Numbered from the stretch's first letter, positions 47,297 to 59,923 are shown. The stretch: 64,000 nucleotides of DNA from Bacteroidetes bacterium 37-13 (GCA_001897535.1 MKTC01000013.1:90519-154518), one strand, 5' to 3'. Notes: a model not told the origin generated them from the letters alone. Numbers and translations: made by a program.

Positions 47297-49621
47297 TTAG
47301 TATTTTAAAACTTTTACTTCTGTTCTTCGGTTTGCTTGATGTTGTTCTTCTGTGCATTCTGATTTATTGCCTGGTTCGCAAGTGCAGTTGTTTACAGGCT
47401 TGCGCTCACCAAAACCCGCAGCTACCAATCGTTTTAGTCTTATCCCTTTTGCTACAATATAATCAATAGCAGCTTTTGCACGGCTTAGCGAAAGCACATC
47501 GTTGTATTTTTTTGAACCGCGGCAATCGGTGTAAGAAGCAAGCTGAATTTGGAGTGAAGGATGCTCGTTCATAATACGTACCAAATCGTCTAAAGAATGT
47601 GCTGCATCTGTGCGAATATTGCTTTTGTTGTAATCGTAAAACACATTGTTTACAATCCATTTTTGCCCAACTTTAAATTTGCAAGGTCCTTCAATTTCAT
47701 CACCAGGAAATAAGCCGTGTGTTGAGATAGTATCTTTTCTCAAATTGTGTTCAATCACATATTGGTTTTCTAAGTGAAGCTCTAAACGAATTTCTCCACT
47801 CACATCAGGTTTTACACTAAAAGTTTCTCCCGTTTTTAAGTCTGTAATATTTACTTGCGATGAAAAGCAATTAGCTAAAAGCGGAACACTTACCGTAAAG
47901 TTCTTTTTTGAAAGTTGATAGTTTCTATTCACCGTTCCATTGCTTGCAATTGAAGTACTAAATTGGTCGCTTAGTGAATCGTAATCAAAAGAAAAAACGG
48001 TGTAATCGCCCGATAAAATAGAGGTGTTTATGATGCCTAAAGAATCGGATACAAATGTAACCACATTATTTTGTGCATCTTTTAGAGAAACAGAAACATC
48101 GCGCAGTGGCAAGCTACTTTCTTTTTCTTTAATAGCAATATTGAGTTGAATAATATCTGGTGTTAGCTGAACGGTGATTGTGCCGGCATTTTTGCGTGTA
48201 ATGTTTTGGCTGAAAGGTTTGTAGCCAGGTGCAAACACGTCTAATTTTGTTTTGTCTGAACCTTTTACGGTTACTAAAATTTCGCCAGAAGCATTAGCTG
48301 AAAATTTACTGTTTTTAATACTTGCAACAGCATCGCTCAGAATTTTTAATGTTCCTGCTTCGCGCACTTTAATCAAAACTTTGTAGCTAAGTTTTGTTGC
48401 ATCAAAATTGAATTTGTAGATGTCGCTTTGTCCTTTTCCGCCAGTTCTATCCGAAGAAAAATAGCCTACTTTGTTTGCGCTATCAATCACAAAAGCAAAG
48501 TCGTTTGCATTAGTATTTACGGGGGTGTTCAGGTTTTCAGCTTGTAGCCATTTGCCATTTTCTATTGTAGTTTTGTAAACATCATAACCACCCAAGCCAT
48601 TTCTTCCAATACTCGAAAAATATAGCGTGTTGTCGCTTGCAATAAATGGGTAAGTTTCGTTTTGCGAAGTGTTTATTTCACTGCCTAAATTGGTGGGCGT
48701 TCCCCATTTGCCGTTTTCTTTTTTCACTACATAAATATCGCTTCCACCCAAGCCTCCAGGGCGGTCGCTTACAAAATAAAGCGTGTTGCCATCGCGTGAA
48801 ATCGCAGGATGCGCATTTGAAAAATCTTCACTATTGAGCGGAAGTTCCTGTATGTCTTTTTTATTTTTAATCGGATAAGTTGTGCTGTATAATTTAAGTT
48901 GAATTTGTTTGCCATTTACTGTTTTAGCAAACTTGCTTGCTGCAAAAATTAGCTCTTTATTCTCTGGAGAAAATGTGGCAGAACTTATTCCTTTAAAGCC
49001 TTTTACCTTTAATCCTTTTACAGCTTTAAGTGTGGTTGAGTCTTTCAATAAATTTAGTTTGTTGAAGCTGTTGCTTTTCCAATCGGCTGTTGGTGTGTTG
49101 CAGTTGCAATTTGTAGCAACAAAAGGAGTTGTGCTGTTTAAAAATCCACTTGCTATTTCACCCTTTTTTTTGTTGGTGTTAGCCGCTTGAATTTGATAAG
49201 CGCCATTGTCGCGTAGTAGTTCTTTGGTGTTGTTTAATCCTTCAATAATGCTTAATGTACTTGGTGTTTCAGGCATTTGTAGCAATACATTTTTTGCCTC
49301 ATCGTATTTGTTGTTTTGGCGTAATACTTGCGCTAAGGTAAATTTTATTTCATTCGTGTTTAATCCGTTTTGGATAACTTTTTTGTACCATGTTTCAGCA
49401 GCTGGCGTATTGTTTAAAATGCTGTAACATTCGGCAACTTTTGCTTGAATGCTTACGCTGTCAGCAGGATTTTTCTTCAATATTTTTAAATAACTTTTTA
49501 GTGCTTTTTGATATTTAAGCTGAGCGATTTTTTTATCGCCTTTATTAGTTATGTTCGTTTGTGAAGTTGCTGAAAAATTAGCACTGAAAAATACAATTAG
49601 AAGTACTATAATTTTATTCAT
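47297..49621 (-). CDS. OmpA-family outer-membrane protein with TPR and TolB-like beta-propeller repeats
   Basis: ATG 49621 gives the signal peptide MNKIIVLLIVFFSANFSATSQ. Repeated PD40-like segments (YFVSDRPGGLGGSDIY, YFSSIGRNGLGGYDVY, YFSSDRTGGKGQSDIY). C-terminal OmpA domain ending NRRTEVKVLKY. Confidence 0.85.
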   Translation of the reverse strand: MNKIIVLLIVFFSANFSATSQTNITNKGDKKIAQLKYQKALKSYLKILKKNPADSVSIQAKVAECYSILNNTPAAETWYKKVIQNGLNTNEIKFTLAQVLRQNNKYDEAKNVLLQMPETPSTLSIIEGLNNTKELLRDNGAYQIQAANTNKKKGEIASGFLNSTTPFVATNCNCNTPTADWKSNSFNKLNLLKDSTTLKAVKGLKVKGFKGISSATFSPENKELIFAASKFAKTVNGKQIQLKLYSTTYPIKNKKDIQELPLNSEDFSNAHPAISRDGNTLYFVSDRPGGLGGSDIYVVKKENGKWGTPTNLGSEINTSQNETYPFIASDNTLYFSSIGRNGLGGYDVYKTTIENGKWLQAENLNTPVNTNANDFAFVIDSANKVGYFSSDRTGGKGQSDIYKFNFDATKLSYKVLIKVREAGTLKILSDAVASIKNSKFSANASGEILVTVKGSDKTKLDVFAPGYKPFSQNITRKNAGTITVQLTPDIIQLNIAIKEKESSLPLRDVSVSLKDAQNNVVTFVSDSLGIINTSILSGDYTVFSFDYDSLSDQFSTSIASNGTVNRNYQLSKKNFTVSVPLLANCFSSQVNITDLKTGETFSVKPDVSGEIRLELHLENQYVIEHNLRKDTISTHGLFPGDEIEGPCKFKVGQKWIVNNVFYDYNKSNIRTDAAHSLDDLVRIMNEHPSLQIQLASYTDCRGSKKYNDVLSLSRAKAAIDYIVAKGIRLKRLVAAGFGERKPVNNCTCEPGNKSECTEEQHQANRRTEVKVLKY

Positions 49622-49756
49622 AAAATGATATAGTTTTTGCTTGCGAAAGCAAATTTTTAATGAAAGAAGCACAATGTTAGTAGGAAATATTTACCTCTGC
49701 AAAACACAGTGTGGATAATGCAGAAGATTGATTTTGCAGAAGAAAAAGTGCAGCGT

Positions 49757-50251
49757 TTAGTACTCGTCAGCACTTGGTCCGTAAACGCCCGGAAGAGGAA
49801 TGTTAAGCAAACGTAAATAAACGCTTAGTTGTCCTCTGTGGTGGTAAAAATGGTTTAATGCTACTGTTCTAACAGCAACAGCTTTTGGCGCATTAAAAAA
49901 AACTTGTTCACCGCTGCGCATTATCCAATTAAGGTTTAGGTCTTCATCTTTTAATGCTTTTAGTGCACTAATGGCAGTGGCAGTACTTTGTTGGTAAAGA
50001 TTCACCAAGTCTTGAGCAGAATTTATTTCTGGTTTGGAGAAACTTTTTTCGGCAAAATCAAGATAATCTGTAGTAGCCGCTATTTTTATGGTAATGGGAA
50101 GCTCTGCAATGTGAGTTGCTAACTGCTTTAAAGTCATTGATTTTTCGTGCGGTTTCCAGTCGAATTTATCAGTCGGCACTCTTTCAAGCATTTTGATTGT
50201 AGAGGCAGATTCTTGTTCAATTTCTTTTATTAGTGCGTGTGTTGCTGACAT
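49757..50251 (-). CDS. DinB-family protein
   Basis: About 164 aa from ATG 50251. Contains helical-bundle His motifs (LATHIAE, HFYHHRGQL). Confidence 0.78.
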   Translation of the reverse strand: MSATHALIKEIEQESASTIKMLERVPTDKFDWKPHEKSMTLKQLATHIAELPITIKIAATTDYLDFAEKSFSKPEINSAQDLVNLYQQSTATAISALKALKDEDLNLNWIMRSGEQVFFNAPKAVAVRTVALNHFYHHRGQLSVYLRLLNIPLPGVYGPSADEY

Positions 50252-50381
50252 ATTGCTTTGTTTATTTATTAGGAATGCTGACAAAGTAAAGGCGCAAAAT
50301 AACTTTTCTAAAAGTATTTTGAATTACTTAACGCAATCTACAATTTAAAAATAAGCAGATGAAAAATAGAAAACAACTAAA

Positions 50382-50948
50382 CTAAACTGTCATAATTTCT
50401 TTTTCTTTCACCTCTACGTGTTTTTCAACCTTGTTGGTGTAATCGTTGGTGATATTTTGAATGTCGGTTTCAGCTTTTTTTGCAGCATCTTCAGGCAAAC
50501 CATCTTTAGCAAGTTTCTTTATTTTTTCGTTGGCTTCTCTGCGAATATTTCTTACAGAAACGCGTGCATTTTCAGCTTCTCCTTTAGCTTGCTTCACCAA
50601 GTCTTTTCTGCGTTCTTCAGAAAGTGGCGGCACATTTAAGCGAATTATTTTTCCATCGTTTTGCGGTGTAAGTCCAATGTTTGCCATCATTATTCCGCGC
50701 TCAATAGCTTGCAAAAGAGAAGTGTCCCATGCTTGAACGGTAATGGTTTTAGCATCGGGGGTAGAAATATTTGCCATTTGGTTTAGCGGTGAGCGGCTGC
50801 CGTAAGCTTCCACTTCTATACCTTCCAGCATGGCAGGAGTAGCTCTACCTGCTCTTATTTTCGACAACTCATAATCAAAGTGATCAACAGCTTTTTCCAT
50901 TAAAGTGCGTGTTTCGTCAAGTACTTTTTTTACATCTGCATCTGTCAT
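50382..50948 (-). CDS. frr: ribosome recycling factor
   Basis: 188 aa. Contains RAGRATPAMLEGIEVEAYG and LSEERRKDLVK. Confidence 0.95.
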   Translation of the reverse strand: MTDADVKKVLDETRTLMEKAVDHFDYELSKIRAGRATPAMLEGIEVEAYGSRSPLNQMANISTPDAKTITVQAWDTSLLQAIERGIMMANIGLTPQNDGKIIRLNVPPLSEERRKDLVKQAKGEAENARVSVRNIRREANEKIKKLAKDGLPEDAAKKAETDIQNITNDYTNKVEKHVEVKEKEIMTV

Positions 50949-50983
50949 GTTGCAATAGTTTTATTTCGTTTTTATTGAATGAT

Positions 50984-52723
<1,740 letters not shown>

Positions 52724-52744
52724 AAAGTAAATTTTTAAATCATC

Positions 52745-52773
52745 AGCCACTGCTAAAAAGCAGTGGCTTTTTT
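52745..52773. terminator. bidirectional rho-independent terminator
   Basis: 10-bp stem agccactgct / agcagtggct with an aaaa loop and a T-run. Lies between convergent genes. Confidence 0.7.
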
Positions 52774-54193
52774 AGTTTAATTCTTCTATGCGATTATATT
52801 TTGATGCAACCATAAAATAAAATATGGCTCTTGGGTATTGCTCATGAAGTTCCTTTTGCAATACATTGCTTCCCGCCTTAGTAAAGGCTTCTGTAAAATC
52901 TAAATTAAACTTCTTACTCAATATGGTCTTTTCATTATCAGAAAGTTGATTATCAAACGAAAGAAACTGCGTGTAGAGACTATTAGCAGAGGAAATATCT
53001 GTATGCTTATTATTTAAGTTATTTGCGTGCACTAAGAAGTCCCTATACTGGAAAGATTTTTGATTGAGCAAAAAGAATAATTGACCAAAGTTTTTATAAT
53101 TATTAGTGGAAATGGATATGGGCTCTATTGTCAGTAAAGAATTAGATAGAACAGAAACATGATTCAGAGAATTAAGATGTAAAAAATCTAACTTTGGATT
53201 TATTAAATATCGAATTCCACTTTCTGCACTTGCTGATTTTATATTTATTGATTGAATAAAATTTTCTTTCGGAAGTTCTTTTATCCCATTTATTTTTATT
53301 AGTTCTGTATTGAATTCTGCACTAAAATTTCCGTTTGCTTCTGTTGGAACTAAAGGAATTTGTAATATTCCGCTTGTATGTTTTGAAAACTTTACAGTAG
53401 CACTGTAAGTGCCAGTTTTGATGTCTTTGTGAAAGACCAAAGAGCAACCTGCCGGCAAAATAAATTCCAAGGGAGGTATAGTTGAATTTGGAAGAATATT
53501 GCTATCAATAGTATTATCTATTGTTGATTTAAAATAATGTTCAACACGATCTGATATTGAATTTTTTGATTGATAAAAATAGTTGTAATTCTTGTCTTTA
53601 GATGCAAGAGTGTAAAGAGGTTTAGGGTTTTTCTCAATATCTTTGAGTGAGCAGATATTCTGGTTGCTATCAACGTAAAATATTACATGGTCGGGATCAA
53701 AAAGTTTCCATTTGTTGTTTGTAAAAACTTCTGCCACTACATGCCCATTTAAATAAATAACACGTGCTTTAAAACCTTTCTCTTTCCATAGTTTTGCAAG
53801 CACAACAGCTAACTCTCCACAAAGCCCACCGCCAATGGAGTTTAAGAATAGTAGAGGCTCATGATTCCAAATATTTTCACTATATGGTGCGCTGTGGAAT
53901 GTATTGCCTGTTACAAATTTCCAAACGGACTATTCTGGAGAAATTTTTTCTTTAATTGAAATAGAGTCAGTTGCTTGTAGAATACTTGTTGGAGTTAATG
54001 GAAATTGATGGTTGATGTTTAGATAAAAACGAGCGGAGTTTCCTGTATTGTTTTTAATAATAATGCCATTTTCTAATTCAGAAAGCGGCACTTCTTTTAT
54101 GTAATTAAAATACGCCTTGTTTCTATTAGTTCTATTACAAGAAAACAAGAGAAGGATAAAAGGAAAAAGCAAAGAAAATTTTAATGCCGGCAC
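52772..54193 (-). pseudogene. transglutaminase-like lipoprotein gene interrupted by one in-frame TAG (53930-53932)
   Basis: Track ORFs 53930..54193 (lipobox LLLFSC) and 52772..53803 are in the same frame. The 42 codons between them are open, contain no ATG, GTG or TTG, and encode the putative catalytic Cys (GGGLCGELAVV). The His (NGHVVAEV) and Asp (LFDPD) follow. Confidence 0.7.
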
Positions 54194-54212
54194 TATTATA
54201 GCATATTATGTT

Positions 54213-55685
54213 TTATAATTCTTTTCTTAACCTGGCCACTGGAAAGTTTAAAGCCTCTCTGTATTTTGCAACTGTTCTACGTGCAATATTATAGCCCAAA
54301 GCATTTAGCAAATCCGTAAGTTCTTGGTCAGAAATTGGAGTGCTTTTGCTTTCCTTATCTATTAAATCTTTTAGATGTTTTTTTACTTCATAAGTACTAA
54401 CCTCATCACCTGTATCGGTAGTAAGTGCTTCACTAAAAAAATATTTCAGAGAAAAAGTTCCAAATTCGGTTTGTACAAATTTATTGCTTGTAACGCGTGA
54501 TATGGTTGAGATATCTAATTCGGTTGTTTGTGCAATATCTTTTAAAATCATTGGTTTTAGTTTGGCTTCATCTCCGGTTGTAAAATATTCATATTGGAAA
54601 TGTACAATAGCATTCATAGTAGCAAGTAAAGTGTTTTGCCTTTGCTGTATAGCATCAATAAACCATTTTGCACTTTCTATTTTTTGCTTAATAAACTGTA
54701 CTGTTTCTTGTTGCGATTTAGTTCTGTTTTTTGCGTTCTTATACTCAGAAAGCATGTCGCGAAAAGAACTGTTTATCTTCAATTCGGGAGAGTTTTGGCG
54801 ATTTAGTGTTACGCTTAATTCCCCATCGTTATTGTGTACAAAAAAATCAGGTAAAATATAATGGCCACCAGAATCTTTAGTTTCTATGGCATTTGCCGGT
54901 CGAGGATTTAAGCGAGTAATTTCTTCTAAAACATCTTTTAGTTTTTCTTCTGAAATATTGAGCGCTTTTTCTAGTTTTTCATAATGCCGTTTTGCAAAAG
55001 TGTTGAAGTGATTTTCAACTATTTCCAAAGCAAACTGTGTATTTTCGGAGGGCTTTTCTTTTCTTTTAAGTTGAATAAGCAAGCACTCTTGCAAACTTCT
55101 TGCGCCTACTCCGGCCGGCTCTAATTGTTGAACATCTAACAATACTTTATTTATGTCATCAGTATCGCAAATTACGTTTTGAGAAAAAGCCAAGTCATCT
55201 TCAATTGCGGCTAAATCTCTTCGTAAATAGCCATCATCATCTAAACTCCCGATGATGTGAAGTGCAATTGTTTTTTCTCGTTCATCTAAGTATAGCAAGC
55301 CAAGTTGTTCTTCCAGCAGTTGGTGAAAACTTCTTTGTGCAGCAACGGGAATAGTTTTCTTGCTATCGTCCGGATCTGGCACTTCATTTGGGTCGCGTGT
55401 TTTATAGTCTGCTACACCTTCATCATCTTCATTGTAAAACTCAGTAATATCTATGTCGTCCTCAGAATTTGTATTGTCAGTTTCTAAACTTTGGTCGCTA
55501 ATTTCAGACACTTGTTCATTGGCCTCAAAGTCTTCAGTACCTTCTTCCAAAGCTGGGTTTATTTCTAATTCTTCTTTTATGCGCTGTTCTAATTGTATGG
55601 TAGGTAACTGCAACAATTTTAGCAACTGTATTTGTTGCGGACTTAGTTTTTGAAGAAGTTTTTGCTGCAGTTTTTGATTTAGCAT
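54213..55685 (-). CDS. rpoN: RNA polymerase sigma-54 factor
   Basis: ATG 55685 gives MLNQKLQQKLLQKLSPQQIQ. An acidic region II follows, then the RpoN box ARRTVAKYRE at the C-terminus. Confidence 0.93.
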   Translation of the reverse strand: MLNQKLQQKLLQKLSPQQIQLLKLLQLPTIQLEQRIKEELEINPALEEGTEDFEANEQVSEISDQSLETDNTNSEDDIDITEFYNEDDEGVADYKTRDPNEVPDPDDSKKTIPVAAQRSFHQLLEEQLGLLYLDEREKTIALHIIGSLDDDGYLRRDLAAIEDDLAFSQNVICDTDDINKVLLDVQQLEPAGVGARSLQECLLIQLKRKEKPSENTQFALEIVENHFNTFAKRHYEKLEKALNISEEKLKDVLEEITRLNPRPANAIETKDSGGHYILPDFFVHNNDGELSVTLNRQNSPELKINSSFRDMLSEYKNAKNRTKSQQETVQFIKQKIESAKWFIDAIQQRQNTLLATMNAIVHFQYEYFTTGDEAKLKPMILKDIAQTTELDISTISRVTSNKFVQTEFGTFSLKYFFSEALTTDTGDEVSTYEVKKHLKDLIDKESKSTPISDQELTDLLNALGYNIARRTVAKYREALNFPVARLRKEL

Positions 55686-55850
55686 GGTTAGCAATTTTAG
55701 AAAATTGATATAAAACCACAAAGAAATTTGTTGGCATAAAGCATTGTACTTAAATACCGTCCTTATTTTAGCTCAAATATTTTTTTTTCACCCACTATGT
55801 AGAAAACCTTTTCTGCACGATAACGCATAAATATATTTTTTGGCGCTGCA

Positions 55851-56693
55851 ATGCAGCGTTGGAAAATTATACTTAAAAAAGTGATGCTTGTAACACTTAG
55901 TGTTGCAGGTGTAATTGCCTTTTTTGTATTGCTTACTTCTGCTGCAGAAAAGCAAAAAACATTGCCATGCAACGGTGTGTTGGTGCATATAGATTATGAG
56001 TCTGGTCTTGCTTTTATGAATGAAAAAGAAGTGATAGACAAGATTCAATTTGTGTGCAAAGATTCAGTTCAAAAACTAAAAGCTTTTAATCTCAATATTC
56101 AAAACATTGAAACTGCTTTAAAGCAAATGCCTTATGTTGATAGTGCAGAAGTTTTTTTGAATCAAAAACAAGTGCTAAATGTCGCTATTAAGCAGAAACG
56201 CCCCATCATTAGGATAATTAACAACAATGGTGTGAGTTATTATTTAAGCGATAAAAACCAAGTAATGCCGCTGTGCTCTAATTTTACGGCACGTGTTCCG
56301 ATAGCTTTAGGTGAGGTAATGAGTAACGGGTTCGAAAAGCGTGATAGCATGGTGCAGCAGGGACTGTTTAAGCTCACTACAACGCTGAATAAAGATACTT
56401 TTTTGAGTGCTTTGATAGACCAGTTTATTGTAGATAGTAATGGAGAAGTAACCTTGATTCCGCTTTCGGGTGAGCACACTGTTCTTTTTGGTTTTGCACA
56501 ACAAAATACTCAAGAAAAGTTGAAGCGGTTGAATATATTTTACAAAGAAATATTGCCAAGAGTAGGTTGGAATGTATATGAAAAATTGAACGTGAAATTT
56601 GATAACCAAATGGTTTGTGTAAAAAAAGAATTAAAGCCTGTAATAGCAACAGATTCAGTGGTGGCAGTTGTAGGTGCAATTAAAAAAAATTAG
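55851..56693 (+). CDS. ftsQ: cell division protein FtsQ
   Basis: Single N-terminal TM helix and a POTRA-like region. Sits directly upstream of ftsA-ftsZ. Confidence 0.8.
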   Translation: MQRWKIILKKVMLVTLSVAGVIAFFVLLTSAAEKQKTLPCNGVLVHIDYESGLAFMNEKEVIDKIQFVCKDSVQKLKAFNLNIQNIETALKQMPYVDSAEVFLNQKQVLNVAIKQKRPIIRIINNNGVSYYLSDKNQVMPLCSNFTARVPIALGEVMSNGFEKRDSMVQQGLFKLTTTLNKDTFLSALIDQFIVDSNGEVTLIPLSGEHTVLFGFAQQNTQEKLKRLNIFYKEILPRVGWNVYEKLNVKFDNQMVCVKKELKPVIATDSVVAVVGAIKKN

Positions 56694-56706
56694 AAAAGTA
56701 GAGACT

Positions 56707-58110
56707 ATGCAAATAACAGAACAAATGGAAGAAACACAAACAAACGAAAGTCCGATTGTAGTTGGATTAGATATTGGCACTTCTAAAATTGCCTGTATCG
56801 TTGCGCAACGCGATAGATATGGAAAATTGAATGTGCTTGGCATGGGACGTGCTGACACAAATGGCGGTGTGCAGCGTGGGGAGGTTTACAATATACAAAC
56901 CACTACCGAAGCCATAAAAAAAGCAGTAGAAGAAGCTCAAAAAAATTCAGGAGTTGAAATTAAAGTTGTGTATGTTGGCATAGCAGGTCAGCACATTACA
57001 AGCAGACAAAATCGCGGTATTTACACATTGCCTGCTGCCGATAGCGAAATCACCAATCAGTATGTAAAAGATATGATTGATGATATGCACAAATTGGCAT
57101 TAGAACCGGGAGAACGAATTATTCATGTTTTGCCACAAGAATTTGTGGTGGACAACAACATTAAAACAAAGCAACCTGTTGGAATGTACGGCTCTCGTTT
57201 AGAGGCTGATTTTCATGTAATAACAGGAAAGATTGCCGCAGCACAAAATATTAAACGTTGTGTAGAGCGGGCCGGTTTGCAAATGTTAGGTTTGGTGTTA
57301 GAACCATTGGCTTCTTCTGCATCAGTGCTTAAAGCCGAAGAAATGGAAGCCGGAGTTGCTTTAGTTGATATTGGTGGTGGCACAACTGATATTGCTATTT
57401 TTGAAGATAATATTATTCGCCATACTGCTGTAATTCCTTATGCCGGAGATATTGTTACACAAGATATTAAAAAGGAATGTCAGGTACTTCGTTCACAAGC
57501 TGAGAAATTAAAAGTGCGTTTTGGCTGCGCCATTGCACAAGAAGCACAAGATTGTGAAGTAATTACCATTCAAGGAATCGCAGGGCACGAAAAGAAAGAT
57601 ATTTCAATGCGCACTTTGGCAAATATCATTCAATGCAGAATGGAAGAAATTTTCTCTGCCGTAAATTTTGAAATTAGAAATTCAGGACTTCAAAATAATT
57701 TAATTGCAGGCATTGTGGTTACCGGAGGCGGTTCGCAAATGACTCACTTAAAACAATTAGTAGAATATGTAACTGGTTACCAGGCGCGTATTGGATATCC
57801 AACAGAACATATCGCTAGAGGCACTAAAGATGAAATAAAAAATCCGATGTATGCCACTGGTTTAGGGCTTATTTTAAAAGGCTACGAAGTGTTGGCAGAA
57901 GATGCAGAAAACAGAAATAACAAAAAGAAAGTTGAACGCATTGTAGTGGAAGAAAAGCCACAAGAAGAAGCACCAAAAGAAACTTTTCAGCAAATGGAAA
58001 CTTTGGATAGTAAGCCGGATGTAAAAAGCGAACCTTGGTGGAAAAAAGTGAACAAAGACATAAAAAATTGGTTTGCCGATACTGGCGTAAATAAAGATTT
58101 CGAAAATTAA
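56707..58110 (+). CDS. ftsA: cell division protein FtsA
   Basis: Actin-fold motifs VVGLDIGTSKI, VDIGGGTTDIAIF and VVTGGGSQ. ATG 56707 is preferred to the track's GTG 56674. Confidence 0.93.
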   Translation: MQITEQMEETQTNESPIVVGLDIGTSKIACIVAQRDRYGKLNVLGMGRADTNGGVQRGEVYNIQTTTEAIKKAVEEAQKNSGVEIKVVYVGIAGQHITSRQNRGIYTLPAADSEITNQYVKDMIDDMHKLALEPGERIIHVLPQEFVVDNNIKTKQPVGMYGSRLEADFHVITGKIAAAQNIKRCVERAGLQMLGLVLEPLASSASVLKAEEMEAGVALVDIGGGTTDIAIFEDNIIRHTAVIPYAGDIVTQDIKKECQVLRSQAEKLKVRFGCAIAQEAQDCEVITIQGIAGHEKKDISMRTLANIIQCRMEEIFSAVNFEIRNSGLQNNLIAGIVVTGGGSQMTHLKQLVEYVTGYQARIGYPTEHIARGTKDEIKNPMYATGLGLILKGYEVLAEDAENRNNKKKVERIVVEEKPQEEAPKETFQQMETLDSKPDVKSEPWWKKVNKDIKNWFADTGVNKDFEN

Positions 58111-58111
58111 A

Positions 58112-59923
58112 ATGCAACATCCATTCAATAATCAAAACAAAAGTTTTATGACACCATTTGAATTTGACCTTCCAACAGAACAAAACTCTATTATTAAAGT
58201 TATTGGTGTTGGCGGTGGCGGCAACAATGCCGTGAACCACATGTACGAACAAGGAATTGAGGGCGTAAACTTTGTAGTTTGCAATACCGATGCTCAAGCA
58301 TTACAAACAAGCCCGGTGCCGAATAAAATCCAGTTAGGACCTACCTTAACACAAGGTTTAGGCGCAGGCGCAAATCCTGAAGTTGGTATGCAAGCTTGCG
58401 AAGAAAGCGTTGAAGAAATACGTGTGTTGTTAGAGAAAAATACCAAAATGGTATTCATAGCCGCAGGAATGGGCGGTGGCACAGGAACAGGCGCAGCGCC
58501 TGTAATTGCGCGTATTGCTCGCGAAATGGGAATTTTAACCGTAGCTATTGTTACTACTCCGTTTACTTTTGAAGGCAGAAGACGCTACAATCATGCAATG
58601 GACGGTATCAATAAATTGCGCGAGCAAGTAGATACTATATTGGTAATCGGAAATGATAAAATAAGAATGATGTATGGCAACTTAACGCAGTCGCAAGCCT
58701 TTAGCCATGCTAATAATATTCTCACAATGGCGGCAAAATCAATTTCAGAAATTATTACCAAACCGGGAATAATAAACGTGGATTTTGCAGATGTAAAAAC
58801 TGTGATGACCGCAGGCGGTTCAGCAATTATGGGAAGCGCTTTTGCCGAAGGAACAGATCGCGCCAATATTGCTATTCAAACAGCGTTGAGTTCTCCATTG
58901 TTAAATGATAGCGATATTCGCGGTGCTAAAAACGTACTTGTAAATATTGCTTCTGGCGAAGAAGAAGTTCGCTTAGACGAAATGGATACAATCAACAGCT
59001 ACATTCAATCTGTATCTAACGAAACTGAAATTATTTTCGGTTCAAGTATTGATGAAAGTTTAGGCAAAAAATTGATGGTAACAATTATTGCCACAGGTTT
59101 TGAAGCAAGACAAAACGATGGTTATGCACCTGTGCAAAAAGTGAAAGTTTATGACTTAGAGAAACCTGTGCAAACAACTCCTGTTGCTGCAACCACCGCA
59201 CAAAGCGAAGTGAATAATGTTGTAAATACTCCAGTTGTTGAAAATGGAAAAATCGTTCATACTTTAGAAGAAGAAACCGTAAATGCTGTAATCGAAACTT
59301 CCATTGTTGAAGAGAACAAAACTATAGAAACACCAATCGTTGTAGAAGTTGTAAATTCAATTCAAGCAGAAGACGACAACGATTTTTCCGTTTCTAAACA
59401 ATTGGCGGAAGATGAAAGTGAATTTGATTTGTTTTCAGGAATTGAAAATACTTCTATCGAGAATAGTGTAGAGTTTGATTTTACAAACAGCAAGCCTGTT
59501 CAAGAAGATTATTTGTTAAATAATACGGTTGAAAGCAACATTTCTACATCAGAATCGTTTTCACAATATCAATCTGAAGTAAAAGTTGAAACAGTAGCAG
59601 AAAACAATACTAAAGATGATGAACCGTTCATTTATTTTAGAAAAGCTAATGAGCAGGTAGTTCAAAATACAAACCAAGGCGACAAGAGTTATGATGAAAG
59701 AAAACAAAGACTTTTAGCGCTTAGCACAAAGAACTACAAAAAGAGTACTGCTGAGTTTGAAAAGCCTGCCATTCATAGAAATGAAACTTTAACAAACAAC
59801 AACACATTCAATGCAAAAAGCTCATTATCTTTGTCTTCGTATTCAGTTAGTGATAGCGGAAGCGAGTATCCTAACCCAGAGATAAAGAAAGATAACCAAT
59901 ATATTAACGACAAACCTTGTTAA
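58112..59923 (+). CDS. ftsZ: cell division protein FtsZ
   Basis: GVGGGGNNAVNHM and GMGGGTGTGAAPVIA. A long acidic linker is followed by a Bacteroidota-type tail. Confidence 0.95.
   Translation: MQHPFNNQNKSFMTPFEFDLPTEQNSIIKVIGVGGGGNNAVNHMYEQGIEGVNFVVCNTDAQALQTSPVPNKIQLGPTLTQGLGAGANPEVGMQACEESVEEIRVLLEKNTKMVFIAAGMGGGTGTGAAPVIARIAREMGILTVAIVTTPFTFEGRRRYNHAMDGINKLREQVDTILVIGNDKIRMMYGNLTQSQAFSHANNILTMAAKSISEIITKPGIINVDFADVKTVMTAGGSAIMGSAFAEGTDRANIAIQTALSSPLLNDSDIRGAKNVLVNIASGEEEVRLDEMDTINSYIQSVSNETEIIFGSSIDESLGKKLMVTIIATGFEARQNDGYAPVQKVKVYDLEKPVQTTPVAATTAQSEVNNVVNTPVVENGKIVHTLEEETVNAVIETSIVEENKTIETPIVVEVVNSIQAEDDNDFSVSKQLAEDESEFDLFSGIENTSIENSVEFDFTNSKPVQEDYLLNNTVESNISTSESFSQYQSEVKVETVAENNTKDDEPFIYFRKANEQVVQNTNQGDKSYDERKQRLLALSTKNYKKSTAEFEKPAIHRNETLTNNNTFNAKSSLSLSSYSVSDSGSEYPNPEIKKDNQYINDKPC

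Noticed and set aside
53930-53932. TAG reassignment or pyrrolysine as the explanation for the in-frame stop.
   Set aside because: TAG terminates several well-supported genes in the same window (fabF, asnB, GT4, wzc, wecA-like). No pyl genes were seen, and none are expected in this phylum.
59100-59923. FtsZ with a ~270-aa C-terminal extension as a possible fusion or novelty.
   Set aside because: The tail ends with elements I recall as typical of Bacteroidota FtsZ: ...ERKQRL..., a FEKPAIHR segment comparable to EKEPAYKR, and a terminal N.Y.ND comparable to NNSFLHDNVD. Long acidic linkers are normal in the phylum.
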